Positions 24,918 through 38,338 of a DNA stretch of 64,000 nucleotides are shown one piece after another. Position 1 is the stretch's first letter. Every line of letters starts with the position of its first letter. The notes below the pieces were generated by a model. The model did no database searches. It had not been told where the DNA came from and saw only the letters and a list, made by a program, of their open reading frames with translations. The translations under genes were made by a program, and so were the position numbers. This DNA comes from Microthyrium microscopicum (Eukaryota), in contig MU004244.1 of assembly GCA_010405405.1 (NCBI GenBank), forward strand, positions 375,895-439,894, given 5' to 3'.

Positions 24918-25688
24918 TCATGGCGCTGCCTCTGCCGCATGTCTATCCTTCAGCATCTTCTCCGTCCTCATGAACTCTCTGATCCCCACCGGTATATCCT
25001 TAAATAAATCAGCGCCTGGTTTTGGCGGTCCACCAGCTCCTCCCACCCAATTCGTCTCGCTCCCACCCCCATCATCGTCCATACTCGCAGGCCCACTCGC
25101 TAATCCTGCTCCACTTGTCCCACTCGCCTTGAAATTGCGCAGCCGTTGCTCATCTTTTTTGCCCCCTCCTTGTGCTGCTAGTGCTGCCTGTGCGATCGCT
25201 GCTTGTGCAGCCCATTCTTCAATGTCTTCCCGATAGACATCCCAAACGCAGTTGACGCACCCGCTCATACAGCAGTTGTCCGGCTCTGTAGGTCGGGGTG
25301 GCACGAGAATGCCGGCGATGTTTGTAGATTTGCGCTCGCGGTCTGCGCGGCGGGCAGCGGGACCGGCGAGACGGGAGCCAAAGACGATTTTTGCGCGGGC
25401 GCGGACGTCTTCTCGAGCTGCGTCCTTAGAGGCTGTGTTGGGGGATGATGGTGAGGTTGGCGGACGTGATCTTGTGGCAGAGTGGGTGGTGGAGGATGGA
25501 TGATTGAGGAGGGCTTCATAGTAGCCGGTCAGGGGAGTTGCTTGTTCGCCGGGACGCGCAATGTTGCTTCGTTGGCGGAATTGGAGATAGGAACCGAGGG
25601 GACCATTTTGGCGGCGCAGGGTTCGTAGACAGGAGGAGCAGATTGAGAAGCTTTTTGACCAGGGAAGAGAAGCCGATAGAGGGGACAT
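24918..25688 (-). CDS. Mitochondrial oxidoreductase-like domain protein (UPF0651/OXLD1 family)
   Basis: PPRPTEPDNCCMSGCVNCVWDVY signature, C-terminal IPVGIREFMRTEK, Arg/Ser-rich presequence-like N-terminus. Confidence 0.85.
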   Translation of the reverse strand: MSPLSASLPWSKSFSICSSCLRTLRRQNGPLGSYLQFRQRSNIARPGEQATPLTGYYEALLNHPSSTTHSATRSRPPTSPSSPNTASKDAAREDVRARAKIVFGSRLAGPAARRADRERKSTNIAGILVPPRPTEPDNCCMSGCVNCVWDVYREDIEEWAAQAAIAQAALAAQGGGKKDEQRLRNFKASGTSGAGLASGPASMDDDGGGSETNWVGGAGGPPKPGADLFKDIPVGIREFMRTEKMLKDRHAAEAAP

Positions 25689-25848
25689 TGTCTATCTTGG
25701 TTGGCTGGCGAGGGGAATTGAGCTGGTGGCGGTCGTCGGGAGCTCTGTATGAAGATGCGGTTCTTAAGAAGATATCAAATTGAGTAGAAAACAGGGATGT
25801 TCGTCACTCTAAGACCCGCTAGGCAAGAAGGCTCCAAGGCCACAAAGT

Positions 25849-25866
25849 CCCACGTGCGCACGTGGG
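25849..25866. promoter_or_regulatory. 18-bp palindrome with two CACGTG E-boxes in a divergent promoter
   Basis: cccacgtgcgcacgtggg lies between two head-to-head genes. Confidence 0.6.
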
Positions 25867-25977
25867 GTAGCAGGGGTCAGGACCAACGCGTTGAGCCGCA
25901 AGTTGCAACAACGCGCCTGGCTTTTCACCTTTGCGACTGCTCAATTCTATTGTTTACAAGCACATATCCTATTCAAG

Positions 25978-27663
25978 ATGGACTCGGATCCACCGCCAGC
26001 GGCACGGCGCACGACTATGCAACACGTCGAAGCCCTTAGTCCTTCCAAAGAACCATACCCACCATATCAGTCTCCTACGCGCGCCAGTCTATCACGATTC
26101 AATCCAGAGTTATTGCCCGAGCCAAGATCTTCGCCTTCAAGAATCATGGTATCCAAGGATCAGAAAAAGCGCCGAGCTGGACCAAATGACCCACTGTCTT
26201 ATGTTCTGGGAGGCAAGCGACGAAGAGTCTCAGAACCGCAAATACATCAAGATGAGACGGAAGCGGGCGCAGGGGAAGCTCCAGCAGACGAATTGGGATC
26301 CAGTATATTGGGCGACACATCTCTACAACAGACGCCCTCCCGGCGCGACAAACAGACTGAGAACCGTCAAACAGAAGGAGGAGATCCCGATGGAGAAGAT
26401 CTCCCGGAAACACCACAGCATCTTCGAGAGCGCCCAGAATATCAGGACACTCCCCCTCGTGGAGTTCTCTTCGCTGCCACACCAAAGCGGCGCAATGGCA
26501 AGCAAAGAAAATCGGTCAGCCGGAGTAAGAGCCGTAGTAAAAGCCGTAGCAAGACTTCAACACCAGCTCTTGGTGAAGGGACCAGTAGTCAGACCACAAC
26601 GCTCCCTCGGAAACCACCGCCAAATCCAGTGGAGGTTGCTCAAATGAAAGAGAAGAAGAAAGAATTGGCAACTCTACAAGCGACTCTCAAGAGCCTGCAA
26701 TCAGACATCGCCGATTTCGAGGAACACAATTCCCTTCTGGAAACTTGGCAATCAAACACCACCTATCCCAAGCTCCCAAGCCTGATCTCACTCATAAATC
26801 GCACCCACCCAAAGAAGACCCAATCCACAACTGCGACTCCCCTTCCAATATCCACACTCCTAACATCCTTCCTCCCCTTCTCAATTCCAATCCCCCAACC
26901 AGAACCAACCACATCAGCCCTCCCATCTCACGCACCCCTCCCACCTACACCCGCACTTCTCCAGCTCTTCACGCCTCTGAAGACAATATCAACCATCTCC
27001 CCACCAGCCACATCCAACGACCCGGACACACTCACCACACAAGTCCACACAATCACTGTCTCTGCCCCCCATGGCCTCCTCAATGCCACCATAGCGCTCA
27101 CCATCTCCTCCACGCCAACATCCGCGCGTGCTCCATCAATCGGTGAATTATCTATTACAAACCTGAGTCCCTGGGCGGATCGCTCCGTTGGCGCATGGGC
27201 ACGCGCACATGCACATACAGGAAACGTCGCTGCAATCGGCTATGGACTCGCAAGACTGTGGGAAGTCAACGTGAAGCGTGCGCGTGTATGGGCACATACT
27301 TGTAAACGCTACGCAAACTTGCGCCCGCGCGTAGCCGGTGTACTCGCCGAACGGACTGAAGTCAGTGGAACAGATGATGGCGAGGGAGACATGAAAGGCC
27401 TATCACGGTATTTGGGCTGCGAGACGTTGGTGCTGGGTGATGGAAGCAGCGAAGTACGCGTCGCATGGCGCGTGCGGTTAGACTGGGCAGACGAAGTGGA
27501 AAGTCGAGTGAGCATAAGCCTTGTGATACGCAAGCGAGGCGACGCGGAGCGAGCAGAGGAGAAGGCGTTACGGACGAGTACGGAGGCGGTGTTTAAGAAG
27601 CTTGTTGCGAAGCGGGGAGTGACGTTTGCGCTGGAGCAGGTGTTAGGTACGCTTTACGAATAG
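25978..27663 (+). CDS. Hypothetical protein, probable kinetochore CENP-P/Ctf19-like subunit
   Basis: Single long ORF from ATG 25978: disordered N-terminus, coiled coil (KKKELATLQATLKSLQSDIADFE), and C-terminal VRVAWRVRLD...VFKKLVAKRGVTFALEQV resembling the CENP-P RWD end. Confidence 0.6.
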   Translation: MDSDPPPAARRTTMQHVEALSPSKEPYPPYQSPTRASLSRFNPELLPEPRSSPSRIMVSKDQKKRRAGPNDPLSYVLGGKRRRVSEPQIHQDETEAGAGEAPADELGSSILGDTSLQQTPSRRDKQTENRQTEGGDPDGEDLPETPQHLRERPEYQDTPPRGVLFAATPKRRNGKQRKSVSRSKSRSKSRSKTSTPALGEGTSSQTTTLPRKPPPNPVEVAQMKEKKKELATLQATLKSLQSDIADFEEHNSLLETWQSNTTYPKLPSLISLINRTHPKKTQSTTATPLPISTLLTSFLPFSIPIPQPEPTTSALPSHAPLPPTPALLQLFTPLKTISTISPPATSNDPDTLTTQVHTITVSAPHGLLNATIALTISSTPTSARAPSIGELSITNLSPWADRSVGAWARAHAHTGNVAAIGYGLARLWEVNVKRARVWAHTCKRYANLRPRVAGVLAERTEVSGTDDGEGDMKGLSRYLGCETLVLGDGSSEVRVAWRVRLDWADEVESRVSISLVIRKRGDAERAEEKALRTSTEAVFKKLVAKRGVTFALEQVLGTLYE

Positions 27664-27746
27664 ATGGCACGCGGAGAAGAACGAAATGGAAGAAGATTAA
27701 TGCATTTGATTGGTTCGCTTGTGCAAAGGCTATCTATTGGTGCGCG

Positions 27747-30700
27747 CTATGCCGTATTCTTGCCAATATACAAACGGGCTACGGAGTGGAAGAGGTCTTG
27801 AATGGGCGGTAGAGCGTATGATGGAGCGCTGGCGAAGATCTCTGCCAGTTGGTGACTTCGGATGACTGTTTTATCATCCTCGAAATCACTCTCGTTATCC
27901 TTCCCGTCTTCTCCTTGGTTTTCATAAGTCCCATTGACGACAGCTTCCTGGTCTTCTTCGATTTGTGTGAGAGCACCCTCTTCTGTCACCTGCGATGCAC
28001 TTCCGGGCAGGACAAGACCAAGAGTCGTGCCAGTGGGTGGTACGATGAACCGGGCTTCAGAGTTGGCATCAATAGCGACAAAACCTTGACCCCCGACCAA
28101 AGCAGTCAAGGCAAGGACAACTGTCTTGTTGTCCGTACTCAAAAGCGGTTGGGCGTTTGATGGATTGAAAACCAGTATGCGAGAAGCAAAGTCGGAGCCA
28201 TTTTGTACTGGACAAGAAAGTGCAAAAGTTCCGTGATCCGGGTAAACGGCCAATAAGCCTAGCTGTTTGATAGCGCTAGGAACTGAGGTCTGTATTTTGG
28301 CCAAATCATAGCCAAAAACAAGTCTGTTCAGTACGACATCCCAAACTCTGAGTTGACTTGATAGTGTGATCAAGTATCGATCAAGAAATTGCATCCCTAA
28401 CAAGCCATGGCTGAACATCAATGGATGTGAGTTTTGCAAGCGTCCAGTCTCAGCATCTAGGAAATGAACGACACCATGCGGGTGATCAAGAGCAACTGCA
28501 AGTACCGAGCCATCATTCGAGTACGCAATTTTCGCAAATTTGGGAAGACCATGGAATTGTCGATCGCTCTCTTGTTCGTCCAGAGGGGCAACTTTTGCAA
28601 TGTCGATTGTTTGTGAGGCTGTCCATGTGGTGGTTCCCTTTGATCGAGCACCACGGACAATCCGTCCATTCGGCAGATGAGTTTTTGGGTTCCAGATACG
28701 CACAAGACCATCCTCACCAACGGTTGAGAAGCCTGTACTGCATGGATCAGAGGCTATGTCCAGGACTCTGCTGGCTGAGTGATCGAAGTGGGCCTTGTGA
28801 GGCGAATCAATTCTTGTGTCAAGTTCCCATTGCTTGTCTCTTTGATTCCACTTCCAAAATTTGATGAAAGACTCGCGACGTAGTTTGGCCTCCCATTTTA
28901 TCCGCGCTGATTCAGCATAATTGCTGCCACTCGACCGGCCAGTGAGATAGGAGATATCCTGCATTGGAGGTTCCCATTCTTCAGCAGTTGCAAGCCAATG
29001 TCCGTCGCTACTCGTTTGCATATGCACAACATCGGCTTCGCTAATTTGTGGAGCAGAGGCTTTCTTCTGGATAAACCCCACGACATTATTTCGAGCAAGA
29101 GCTTGCCGCGAAACGCTTCTGTTTGCAGAGATATCATAAGTCTGTAGGAATGGAGCAGCTTGACGTGGCTGGTTCTTGAGACGATTTTGTCGTTGAGGAA
29201 CTGCTAGTAGTAGGTGATCTGGCGCAAGACAATGAGTTGTGACAGGGCTCAAGGATGGTTTTGACCAGGGCTCGATGTTTTCGTACGCCTTCGTCTGAAG
29301 ACCGGTGAAGACCGCTTTTGCAGCTAATTCGGTGGTTGACAATATCATTACCGTATTGTCGGCAAATCTGATACCGTACGAAGATCCTGCAGGCGAGACT
29401 GCAAGACCTTCGATATCAGAGGTGAGATTTGGTAAATCTTGTCTATGACCTGTGTTGAGTTGCCATAAACATAGAACGGTTTCCTGACCACCAGAAATGA
29501 TATAGTTGCCTAGTGAAGTTAATACAAGTTAACAAATAGTGGCGAAGTTATTCATACCATCTTTAGACCATCGTACTGCACCAACTGGAAGACGATGCCA
29601 ATGTAGCCGGCGAGATATCAAGTCAGACTTTGCCTGCAACTTTTGTACTATATCGTTATAGACAAAGATGGAACCATCTCCAGTACCAACTGCAAGGTTG
29701 TAGGTGAATGTAATTTTGCTCTCGGCTTTGTCGATGTTTGCGCTCGGTTTCATTATTGGGCTATCCTGCCGTACATCAAAACACGTCACGCCGTCGGTGA
29801 CAAGCATAGGAAACCAGTCGTGTTGAAGTGAATTAGTTGAGATTTCAGGATCATCCTCTTTAGTCGAGCCTATGACCAACCCGGTTGGTGACATTGCAAA
29901 TATGGTTTGTCCATGATCAAAGATCTGAATTCGTGACAGGCTTTGCTCGCTCTCCCAAAGCACAGCGGGGTTTGAGGGACCATCCTGCGCGGCCAGTGGA
30001 TCTATTGTATGAAGTGCGATGGTGCTTGTACCGTTTGATGTTTCGGTTTCTGGGTGGACAAATACTAGAACAACTTGTTGCTCATCTTTACTTAGGCAAG
30101 TCGCAAAAGCAGTGATTTGGTGCCCGATTTGAACAGAAGCCAGTTTTGATGGTGCCATCCAGTCCCAAACTTGAACCTCGCCATTTGAAAGAGCGACGTA
30201 GATAATGTTGGAATTTTGAGGAGATATCTTGACATCGATAATGAGTTGGGAATCATCTACATGAAAACTATGCTTCAATAAGGAAGCATGTACGTAGTAA
30301 ACATGGATCGATTGGCGGGTTGCAAGTAGCACCAGTCTAGTACAATTAGTATCGTATAACAAATGGGAATGGGGATTTTTACTTTGAGTTGTAGGAGAAT
30401 ATCGGATCTATATCTCGAAACCGGCCACCACTTGGGGACGAAGCGGTCCAAGATGGAGTAGAGAGAGGTCGTTTGGGTTTGACTGTCCGAAGTGTGGGTT
30501 CAGGAGCTGAAATAGCAAGCAAAGTATCGACATTGCTCTTTGAAGCCTCCGCAACACCATCCTGACCCTTCTTCTGCTTCTTTTGCTTCTGCTTCTTCTC
30601 TTTCTTGTCCTTTACGGGTGCTTCTAGCTCTTCGCCTTGACCCTCCAGACTTGCCGGCTTCACCGCCAAACTATCTTTTGTCTCATTTGTCTCGGTGCCT

Positions 30701-30873
30701 GGAGCTGAAGCATGACCATTTAATGCGCCATTGGTATCGGATGGTGTAGAATCGCCTTGCAAAGCTTTGTGGGACTTCTTAGACTTTTTAGTCTTCTTGG
30801 ATGGATGGATATCGCTTGTGGGTTGAGTGTGTTTTCGCTTCTTGCCCGGGAGCGCAGGGACAGGCGCAGACAT
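27747..30873 (-). CDS. UTP17: U3 snoRNA-associated WD40 protein Utp17/Nan1 (WDR75)
   Basis: Three exons; RRLHWHRLPVGAVRWSKDG|NYIISGGQETVLCLWQL and SSDGHWLATAEEW motifs; Lys-rich N-terminus. Confidence 0.88.
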
Positions 30874-31289
30874 TTTCTAGATCTATATGGGATGCTTTAG
30901 CCATTCAAGAGCTGGAACAAGGGATTTGAGCGAGTGAATCAGTATGAGAGCGTAGGTAAAGGCAGCCGTAGTCGAGCATCAAAAAGTTTTGGCGGGGCGG
31001 GAACTTTTTTTCGACCAAAAATCTCGAGACAAAATTCGACGCTAGTGGTAAGTCCAAGCGTCCAGCACGCTAAACTGCACGTGATATCGATTTTCCAGCA
31101 GTCACTTCTTGATCTGAGTTGATCAAAACCTTTGATATCCTTTGTCCTTGAACCTGGAAAATCAGTAACCACATTCTGATCTTCATCTTCCAATTCAAAA
31201 ACACCTCTCAGTTCGTACGGGCGTCAATCGGATCATCAACTCCAAGCCCTGCCATCCCTTCTTCACTTTCCAACCCGACATCAGCAAAC

Positions 31290-31668
31290 ATGATTATTCC
31301 CGTTCGCTGCTTCTCCTGCGGCAAGGTAGATAACCATATCATTCTGCGCGCCGCGTCTTTTTACTAAGTGTCTAGGTCATCGGCGATCTTTGGGAGCGCT
31401 ATCTTGAAATGATCGAGAACGAGGATAAGAGTGATGGGTAGGTTATGCGCTCTAAGCAAAATGCCCAAAGCTGACTCTTTCAGGGACGCCATGGACGAGT
31501 TAGGTCTCCATCGCTACTGCTGTCGACGAATGGTCATGACCCATGTCGACCTTATCGAGAAACTTCTTCGGTAAGAGCTTTCTTTTAGATCGCGCCTGCA
31601 ATGCTAACGTGCCCAGATACAACCCAGCTGAAAAGGAGATGCATGGCCAACTCTCAAAACAAAACTGA
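31290..31668 (+). CDS. RPB10: RNA polymerases I/II/III subunit RPABC5
   Basis: Four exons give [21 protein letters not shown]...|[32 protein letters not shown]. Not in the ORF track. Confidence 0.96.
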
Positions 31669-32420
31669 AGACCTCTCCGAATTGCATTCAATGGCGTTTG
31701 GGCAGCATTTCTTTTGCAATCTGATATGAACACGGCTGTTGTGTTTGAATCTCTTGTGGTTTGATGGACTGTGAGCGTGAGTTTACCGCTCAAAAATAAA
31801 CTCGTCAACCCTGTCAGTGCAAAACTTATACACCAGCTTTATGATACCGAATACCCGGGGATTATTCTAGCTTTATCATCCGTTTGCCCCCTGTGAGTTT
31901 TGTACTTTGAGGGCCCACGAGTGCCTCAGCTCAGACCAGAGGGTTATGTGGTATCGTGCTATACTTGTCAGACAGGGCTAAAGGAATAGATGAATTTACG
32001 ATCGAAAGACCTACGCAAGCTTATGCATTGAAATATAATCTCTGGGGATATAGTTCAACGAGTTATCGCTCTCGGATTTAACCAATCTCGACAATTCTTG
32101 CTCAACCACCTTCTAGAGGCACTACTTATTATTAGGATCTAGACGCAATATCCACTATCTCTCCCTCCGCTCGCCATGACCTGGACCCAATAAAATGCAA
32201 TTGCCACAAAGACCCATGGAATTCGCTGATAGCTAGTGGTGCAACTTCCTCTGATTTTCCGCGTGGAAGTAGCTATACGCTGGTGAGCAGGAACGCTCTC
32301 CAGGTGGTAGGACCGAAAACAGCTGGATCTGGACATAGGATTTCTCTCACTGAAAGCTTCCGAGCTCAACCAATCAACTATCGCCACTTATTCTTGAATC
32401 TTATTCCTAAAGGCGCAAGA

Positions 32421-35002
32421 ATGCGACTCTTCCTAGCACTGGTGGGTTCCATCGCCTGGTCAGCGTTTGAGGTCAACGGCGCTGCTCAGCTTCGACAAGA
32501 TCGACAAGTCCCATTTGGTAAAGGCTCCAAGTTGCTATCTTTCAGAGATGCCGTTTCGCAGTAAGTTCTACACGCTGAAAGAAGTAAGCTTTATTTTACT
32601 AATGCCGGTACAAAAGTCCGCAACCAGCATTGCAACCGACCACAATCAGTGTCAATTGGATAAACCATGGTTCCCTTGGAGACGGCTTTCGTGCCTTTGT
32701 ACACCCTCAAAAAGGCTTGGTGGTAGAGAACTTTGCGACTGGAACTCAGCAAGAACTGCTCAGTTTGGCTGATATCCCACCAAATAATGGCTTTAAACTC
32801 AATGTGGACAACACTTTCGTGGTGTGGGCCATGAATGTGACTAAAGGTTATCGTCACTCTTACAGCGCGAATTATATCATCCAAAATGTGAAAACCAAGG
32901 AGATCAGACCATTGGTTCCTGGTCAAAACGGGGATGTACAGCTGGTCGAATGGAACCCCAAGTAAGTTGGTTGTTTCCGGGGGAGGAATTGTCGTATAGC
33001 TAACGAGAAAAGAAACCCACTAAACCTTGTCTTTGTCTGGAAGAATAATATTTACTTCTGGGACAGTGCAACGATAACGCCTGTGACTACGGATGGAAGT
33101 CCTGCCGTCTATCATGGCGTTCCTGATTGGGTATATGAAGAAGAAGTTATCGAAGGGCGCTCCACGCTCTGGTACTCGCCTGATGGTGAGTACCTAGCTT
33201 TTCTCAGCTTTAACGATACCAACGTTCCGGTCTACACCGTACCATACTACATGGACAAGAATAGGAAGCCAATGCCATATCCCAGAGAACTCAAGATCCG
33301 GTATCCGAAACCTGGCTTTCCAAACCCAATCGTGAAAGCTAGTGTTGTGAAAATCGATGCTCCTAAGGATATCCAGGCTGTTCCAGTTGAAAAAGCGTTT
33401 ACGGAAGACAACCTGGTTATTGGAGAGGCTGCCTGGCTGACAGACAAACATGATCAGATCATTTTCCGATGCTTCAACAGACCACAAAACCACGATCGAC
33501 ACTTGCTCTATAAATTGAGCTCCAAAACAGCGGACATAGTCCGAGAGAGAGATGCAAAAGATGGCTGGCTAGAGAATACAAAGGCCATCAAGTATGTCGG
33601 AAAATTGGATGCTCAATCAGGCGATGGAGAGTTTTATATTGACCTCTCGGATGTCGACAACTGGATGCACATATACTTATATCCTGTCAATGGGGGAAGT
33701 CCAAAGCAACTCACCGAAGGGGAATGGGAAATTCGGAAGATCAATTCTGTTGACTTGGCCCGTAATATTGTACACTACACATCCAGTCAGCCGCATCCTA
33801 CAGAATCCAAGGTCGGGAGTGTCTCAATAATTACGGGCGAAACTAAGTCTTTGGTTCCCAATGATGCAGCCTTCTGGTCCGCATCTTTCAGTCCCAATGC
33901 GAACTACTATGTCCTGAACTACGAAGGGCCAAACGTGCCATATCAAGAACTCTACGCAATCAATCAAACCGACAAACCAATTCGCATAGTCAACAATAAC
34001 GCTCGCGCATACACCGCCTTACAGGAACTCGCTCTCCCTACCACTCAATTCTTCGACCTCAAACATCCATCGGGTTTCAATCTCTCCGCCAAACTTCAAC
34101 TTCCCCCGAACTTCGACGAGACGAAGAAATATCCCGTCCTCCTGACACCATACGGCGGTCCCAACTCGCAAGAAGTCACCAAAGGCTTCAGCGGCGGCAC
34201 TGGTCTTGGTAACTTTGCCGTAAGCAGCCCAGATCTTGGATATGTAGCCTTTAGCGTTGACAACCGAGGCACCGGCTTCCGCGGTCGCGCTTTCCGAAAC
34301 ACCTACTACAAAGCCATGGGTACCGTCGAGCCCGAAGACCAAATCTGGGCCGCCGAATGGCTCGCGCAAACCTATCCCTGGGTTGACCGCGACCGCATCG
34401 GCATCTGGGGCTGGAGCAACGGCGGCTACGTGAGTGCCAAAGTGGTCGAATATGCATCTAAGATCATCAGCTTTGCCATTGCGACAGCACCTACGGACGA
34501 CTGTCGCTTATATGACAGCATATATGCGGAGCGGTACATGGGGCTGCCGCAGGAGAATGCGGCAGTATACGACCGCGCGATGATCCGCAATGCGACGGGC
34601 TTCAAGAATATCGCAGGCGGCTTTTTGCTTCAGCATGGAACGGGAGACGATAATGTGCATTTCGCGCATTCGGCCTCGCTGGCGGACTTGTTGATGGCGG
34701 CGTCCGTGCCACCGTCAAAGTTCCAGGCTCAATTTTTTCCGGATAGCGATCATAATATCAATACACATAATCAACAATCGTTTTTGTATGCGCAGGTGGC
34801 GGAAATGCTACAGAAGCAGAAGCAGCGTGTGGTTGGCGCGAAGAAGAGCGCTTGGGAAATAGACCAAGAAGCTAGGGAGGATGCTGAGGATGATCAAATG
34901 GACTTTACTGGCTGGGGCAAGAGAAACATATTCGTTGAAAACATCGGCATGGGATATAGGAAAGGAATGGGTGGTATTAACGCTATGGCTTGGAATCTCT
35001 GA
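32421..35002 (+). CDS. DPP4: Secreted dipeptidyl peptidase IV (peptidase S9B)
   Basis: Signal peptide MRLFLALVGSIAWS; introns about 32561-32617 and 32962-33012; GVPDWVYEEEV, GWSNGG (Ser), DDNVH (Asp), DSDHNI (His). Confidence 0.92.
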
Positions 35003-35342
35003 ACCTATTTTCTCTTAACCATAACTATCTACATTACACCTATATGGCCTAGAATTAATATGTCCTAGAATCTCCTTGCCTCTCACCAGCCTAGTCTGTG
35101 ACATTGTGTCATGGTAGTATCATTCAGAATGCTCTGGAAAGAAGCGATTATTCTGGAGGCAATGTAAAGCATATCATTAGTCTGGAAACAAGTACTCGCA
35201 AGCTATGCTATGTGTCGGGTATAAAATACTACGGCGGGTTCGAAATTCTGGGCCATCACCAGTTTTGTCAGATAATTCCAGCCATATGTACTGTGCGCAT
35301 AACCATACTTTTCATCTAAGAATCGTCATTCTGATGTAACAA

Positions 35343-38081
35343 TCAGCCCGTTGTCTTTGAGAAGAAGAAAGACACTGGACAATTCGGTTCCTTGATCATG
35401 TCCAGTAGAATCCTATCTTCAACCAATGCGTCCAGCTCCTCATTGCCTTTCTTGATTTCGTCCGCATCAATATGAAGATTTTGCATAAGAGCAAGCATCT
35501 TCTTGTCGCCTTGGGCCTTGCGATTGATCTTGCGAATTTTCTTCTCTTGTGCTTGGATGTCCACCTTGTTGGCATTGGTGAAAGCACGCAGCTGAGGCAC
35601 ATCGGAGTCTGAGCCCGAGTCTTCATCTGGTGAACTAGCTTCTGAAGCACGCCAGGTAGCGTTGGAGAGAATGCCATCATCGGGTTCATTCTCGGGTAGA
35701 ACTTGGGCGTTTCCCAACCCTTCACAATCGCAGCCCAAGAGTTCATGGGTTGGGCATTTAGGATTGTCGTCCAAGCGGAATAGATCACGAAGTTCCTCTG
35801 TCGTGAAGCCATGCGCGGTCTTTTTGGAGTCCACAACCGCATCTGCCAGGCTAGTCTTCGTAACCTGTCTTTGATAGATCTTCTCTTCTATAGCTCCTTG
35901 CACAATGAATCGATAAATGAAACATTGCTTTTTTTGCCCATCTCGATGAATGCGAGCCATGGCCTGCTGATCTGTAGCCGGATTCCAATCGATATCAAAG
36001 AGAACCAGTCGAGAGGCACCAATGAGATTGAGACCCATACCTCCAGCTTTGGCAGAGAGAAGAAAGGCGAAGCATTTCTCGACCTTGGATTTGTTGAAGT
36101 TATCAACAAGGCCTTGGCGTTTGGCTTGTGCAGTATTTCCATCTAGACGAAGGAAACCATAGCTGGATGCAGTGAGAAGTCTCTGGATCAAGTCGAGAGT
36201 GGATGTGTAATTGGACACGATCACGATTTTTTCATCTGTCTCTTGACGAAGATGATCCAGCAGCGTCTTGAGAAGTTGCATCTTGGCAGATGCTCTTGGA
36301 TCCCACTTGAAATAATCTGTTGGAATTGCCTGCAAGACACTCGCAATCGCCTCGCTGGGGGTAGAGACTGCGTTTTCGTTTGAAAACAGCGAAGGGCTGT
36401 TGCAGACTTTCTTCAAAATACTGATCAGTTGAAGCGAGGCCTCGGATGAGCTCAGTATAGAGCCATAGACTGGTGAGTCCAGAATGAGTCGGTATATCGC
36501 GGCCTGAACCTCCGTTGGTCGACAGAACAAGACCAGTTCCGTCTTTGGTGGCAGATACTTTGCAATCACATCAGCAGTACGGCGGAGCAGGAATTGACTA
36601 GTTATGGACTCAAGCTCTTCACTCCGAGCTTGACCTTTCTCGACGGCTTTCGCCACAGCACCCGGTTCTCGTCCTTTCACGATGACATTTTCGAATTGAG
36701 ACTTGAAGGCGCTGTATTTGCCCAGAATTCCAGGGTTAACAAGATCAGCCATGTAAAAAAATTCACCCAGATCGTTCTGCAGCGGTGTACCAGTCAACAG
36801 CACTCGGCGATCTGTGTCAAAGGAACCGATCGCAAGAGCTGCCTTATTTTTGGCGGTCTTCAGACGGTGTGCTTCATCTGCAATAATCAGATCAACCCCT
36901 GATCCCTTTTTGAGCTCGTCTTGAATAGAACGCAGCTTTTCGTAGCCGACTATCATGACGTTGTAAGACATTCCCATCGTAAAATCGCTGAGCTTGTTTC
37001 CTTTGTCGTCTAAAACAAAGACGCCTATACGATCGTTTCCCAACCATTTCCGAAATTCTTTGCGCCAGTTGTTGATCAATGTGACGGGGCAAACAATCAG
37101 AACCTTCTTCACGACTGGCCCAACCTGATATAACGGATTTTGTTTGAGTAAAGTCCATATTAGAGTTATCGTCTGAAGAGTCTTCCCTAGACCCATCTCA
37201 TCTGCCAAAACAGCGCCTTGACCCGAATCGACTCGCATGCCCATCACACATTCGTAAAGGAACTTCACGCCCTCACGTTGATGTTCACGTAAATGACGCC
37301 CGAGTATTGGGTCTATCACCACATCCACTATTTGTTTGCCCCTTGGAGCTGAAGCTGGCCGTTTCATGACAATTGCGTCGGGGGCTTTAGGGTCATGACG
37401 TGGAGTTGGCTCGGGTTTGGCTGTCGTTGGTACTGGTTTTGGACGATCCGAGTAGGGATTTTTGTACTTGGAGACTGAAGCTTTGCTAACTGCCACTACT
37501 GGCTTTGAAATCTCTGGGAGATCTTTGGTGGGTTTTTTGAATACCTCTTGACGAGATACTGGTTTTGGAAAGGATCCGCTCAGGAAGTGCTTTCCGGACA
37601 AGTACTCTGCCTTTGGTATCACAGAGTCTACTTCAATCTCCTTTCCTGCAACGGAAAGGCTTGAGCCAGGTTCAAGATCGACTTTGCAGGCAGATCTTCC
37701 CATTTCTTTTCCAGAGATATCGACCAATGTGGCATAGCCGTTTCTAACAGCCAATATGCCATCACCATCCCATGTCTTGTGCTTCTTGTTGGTGAATTTG
37801 CGCCTAGTATTAGGTTAGAACACTTGATTTCTCAAAGGGAGATTGTGCACTTACCAAAGCACCATAAAGTAAACCTCGGGTTTAGACTGGCCATTAGCTG
37901 GTGATGATGAGATGGCTGCATTTCCCGCTGAGCTGGAGATTCTATCAAGCGGCTTTCGAACAGGCGATACAGCACGACTGTTGTTAGTAGTTGGCGGATC
38001 AAGACGCGGCTTCTTGGAAGGCGGTTCAGAGCTGTCAGCAGGTCGCTTCAAGAATGGTGTCTTGAAAGGTTTTCGAATCAT
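35343..38081 (-). CDS. RDH54: Rad54-family SNF2 translocase, Rdh54/RAD54B type
   Basis: LADEMGLGKT, DEAH, TGTPLQNDL, QAMARIHRDGQ motifs; N-terminal VLW|RKFTNKKHKTWDGDG typical of Rdh54/RAD54B; intron 37804-37854. Confidence 0.88.
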
Positions 38082-38338
38082 TGTTATTTGCGTCTCATGT
38101 TAACTCGAGCCTTGAGGAGAGTAAATGGACGTCTCGAAGACGGAAGACGCGTGGTCGAGGAGCAAATCGCGCTAGAGTCACGGTAGCACGTGACTCAAAA
38201 GATCGTCATCCAGCCAAGGCTCTAATGTTTCTTATCAATCCTCGAACATCTTGGACACTTCGTAACCTTCTCATTCTTCATCAGCACCTACCTAGAGGTT
38301 GGATGGACTATACCATCGGACACTCGCCCTCATGACGA

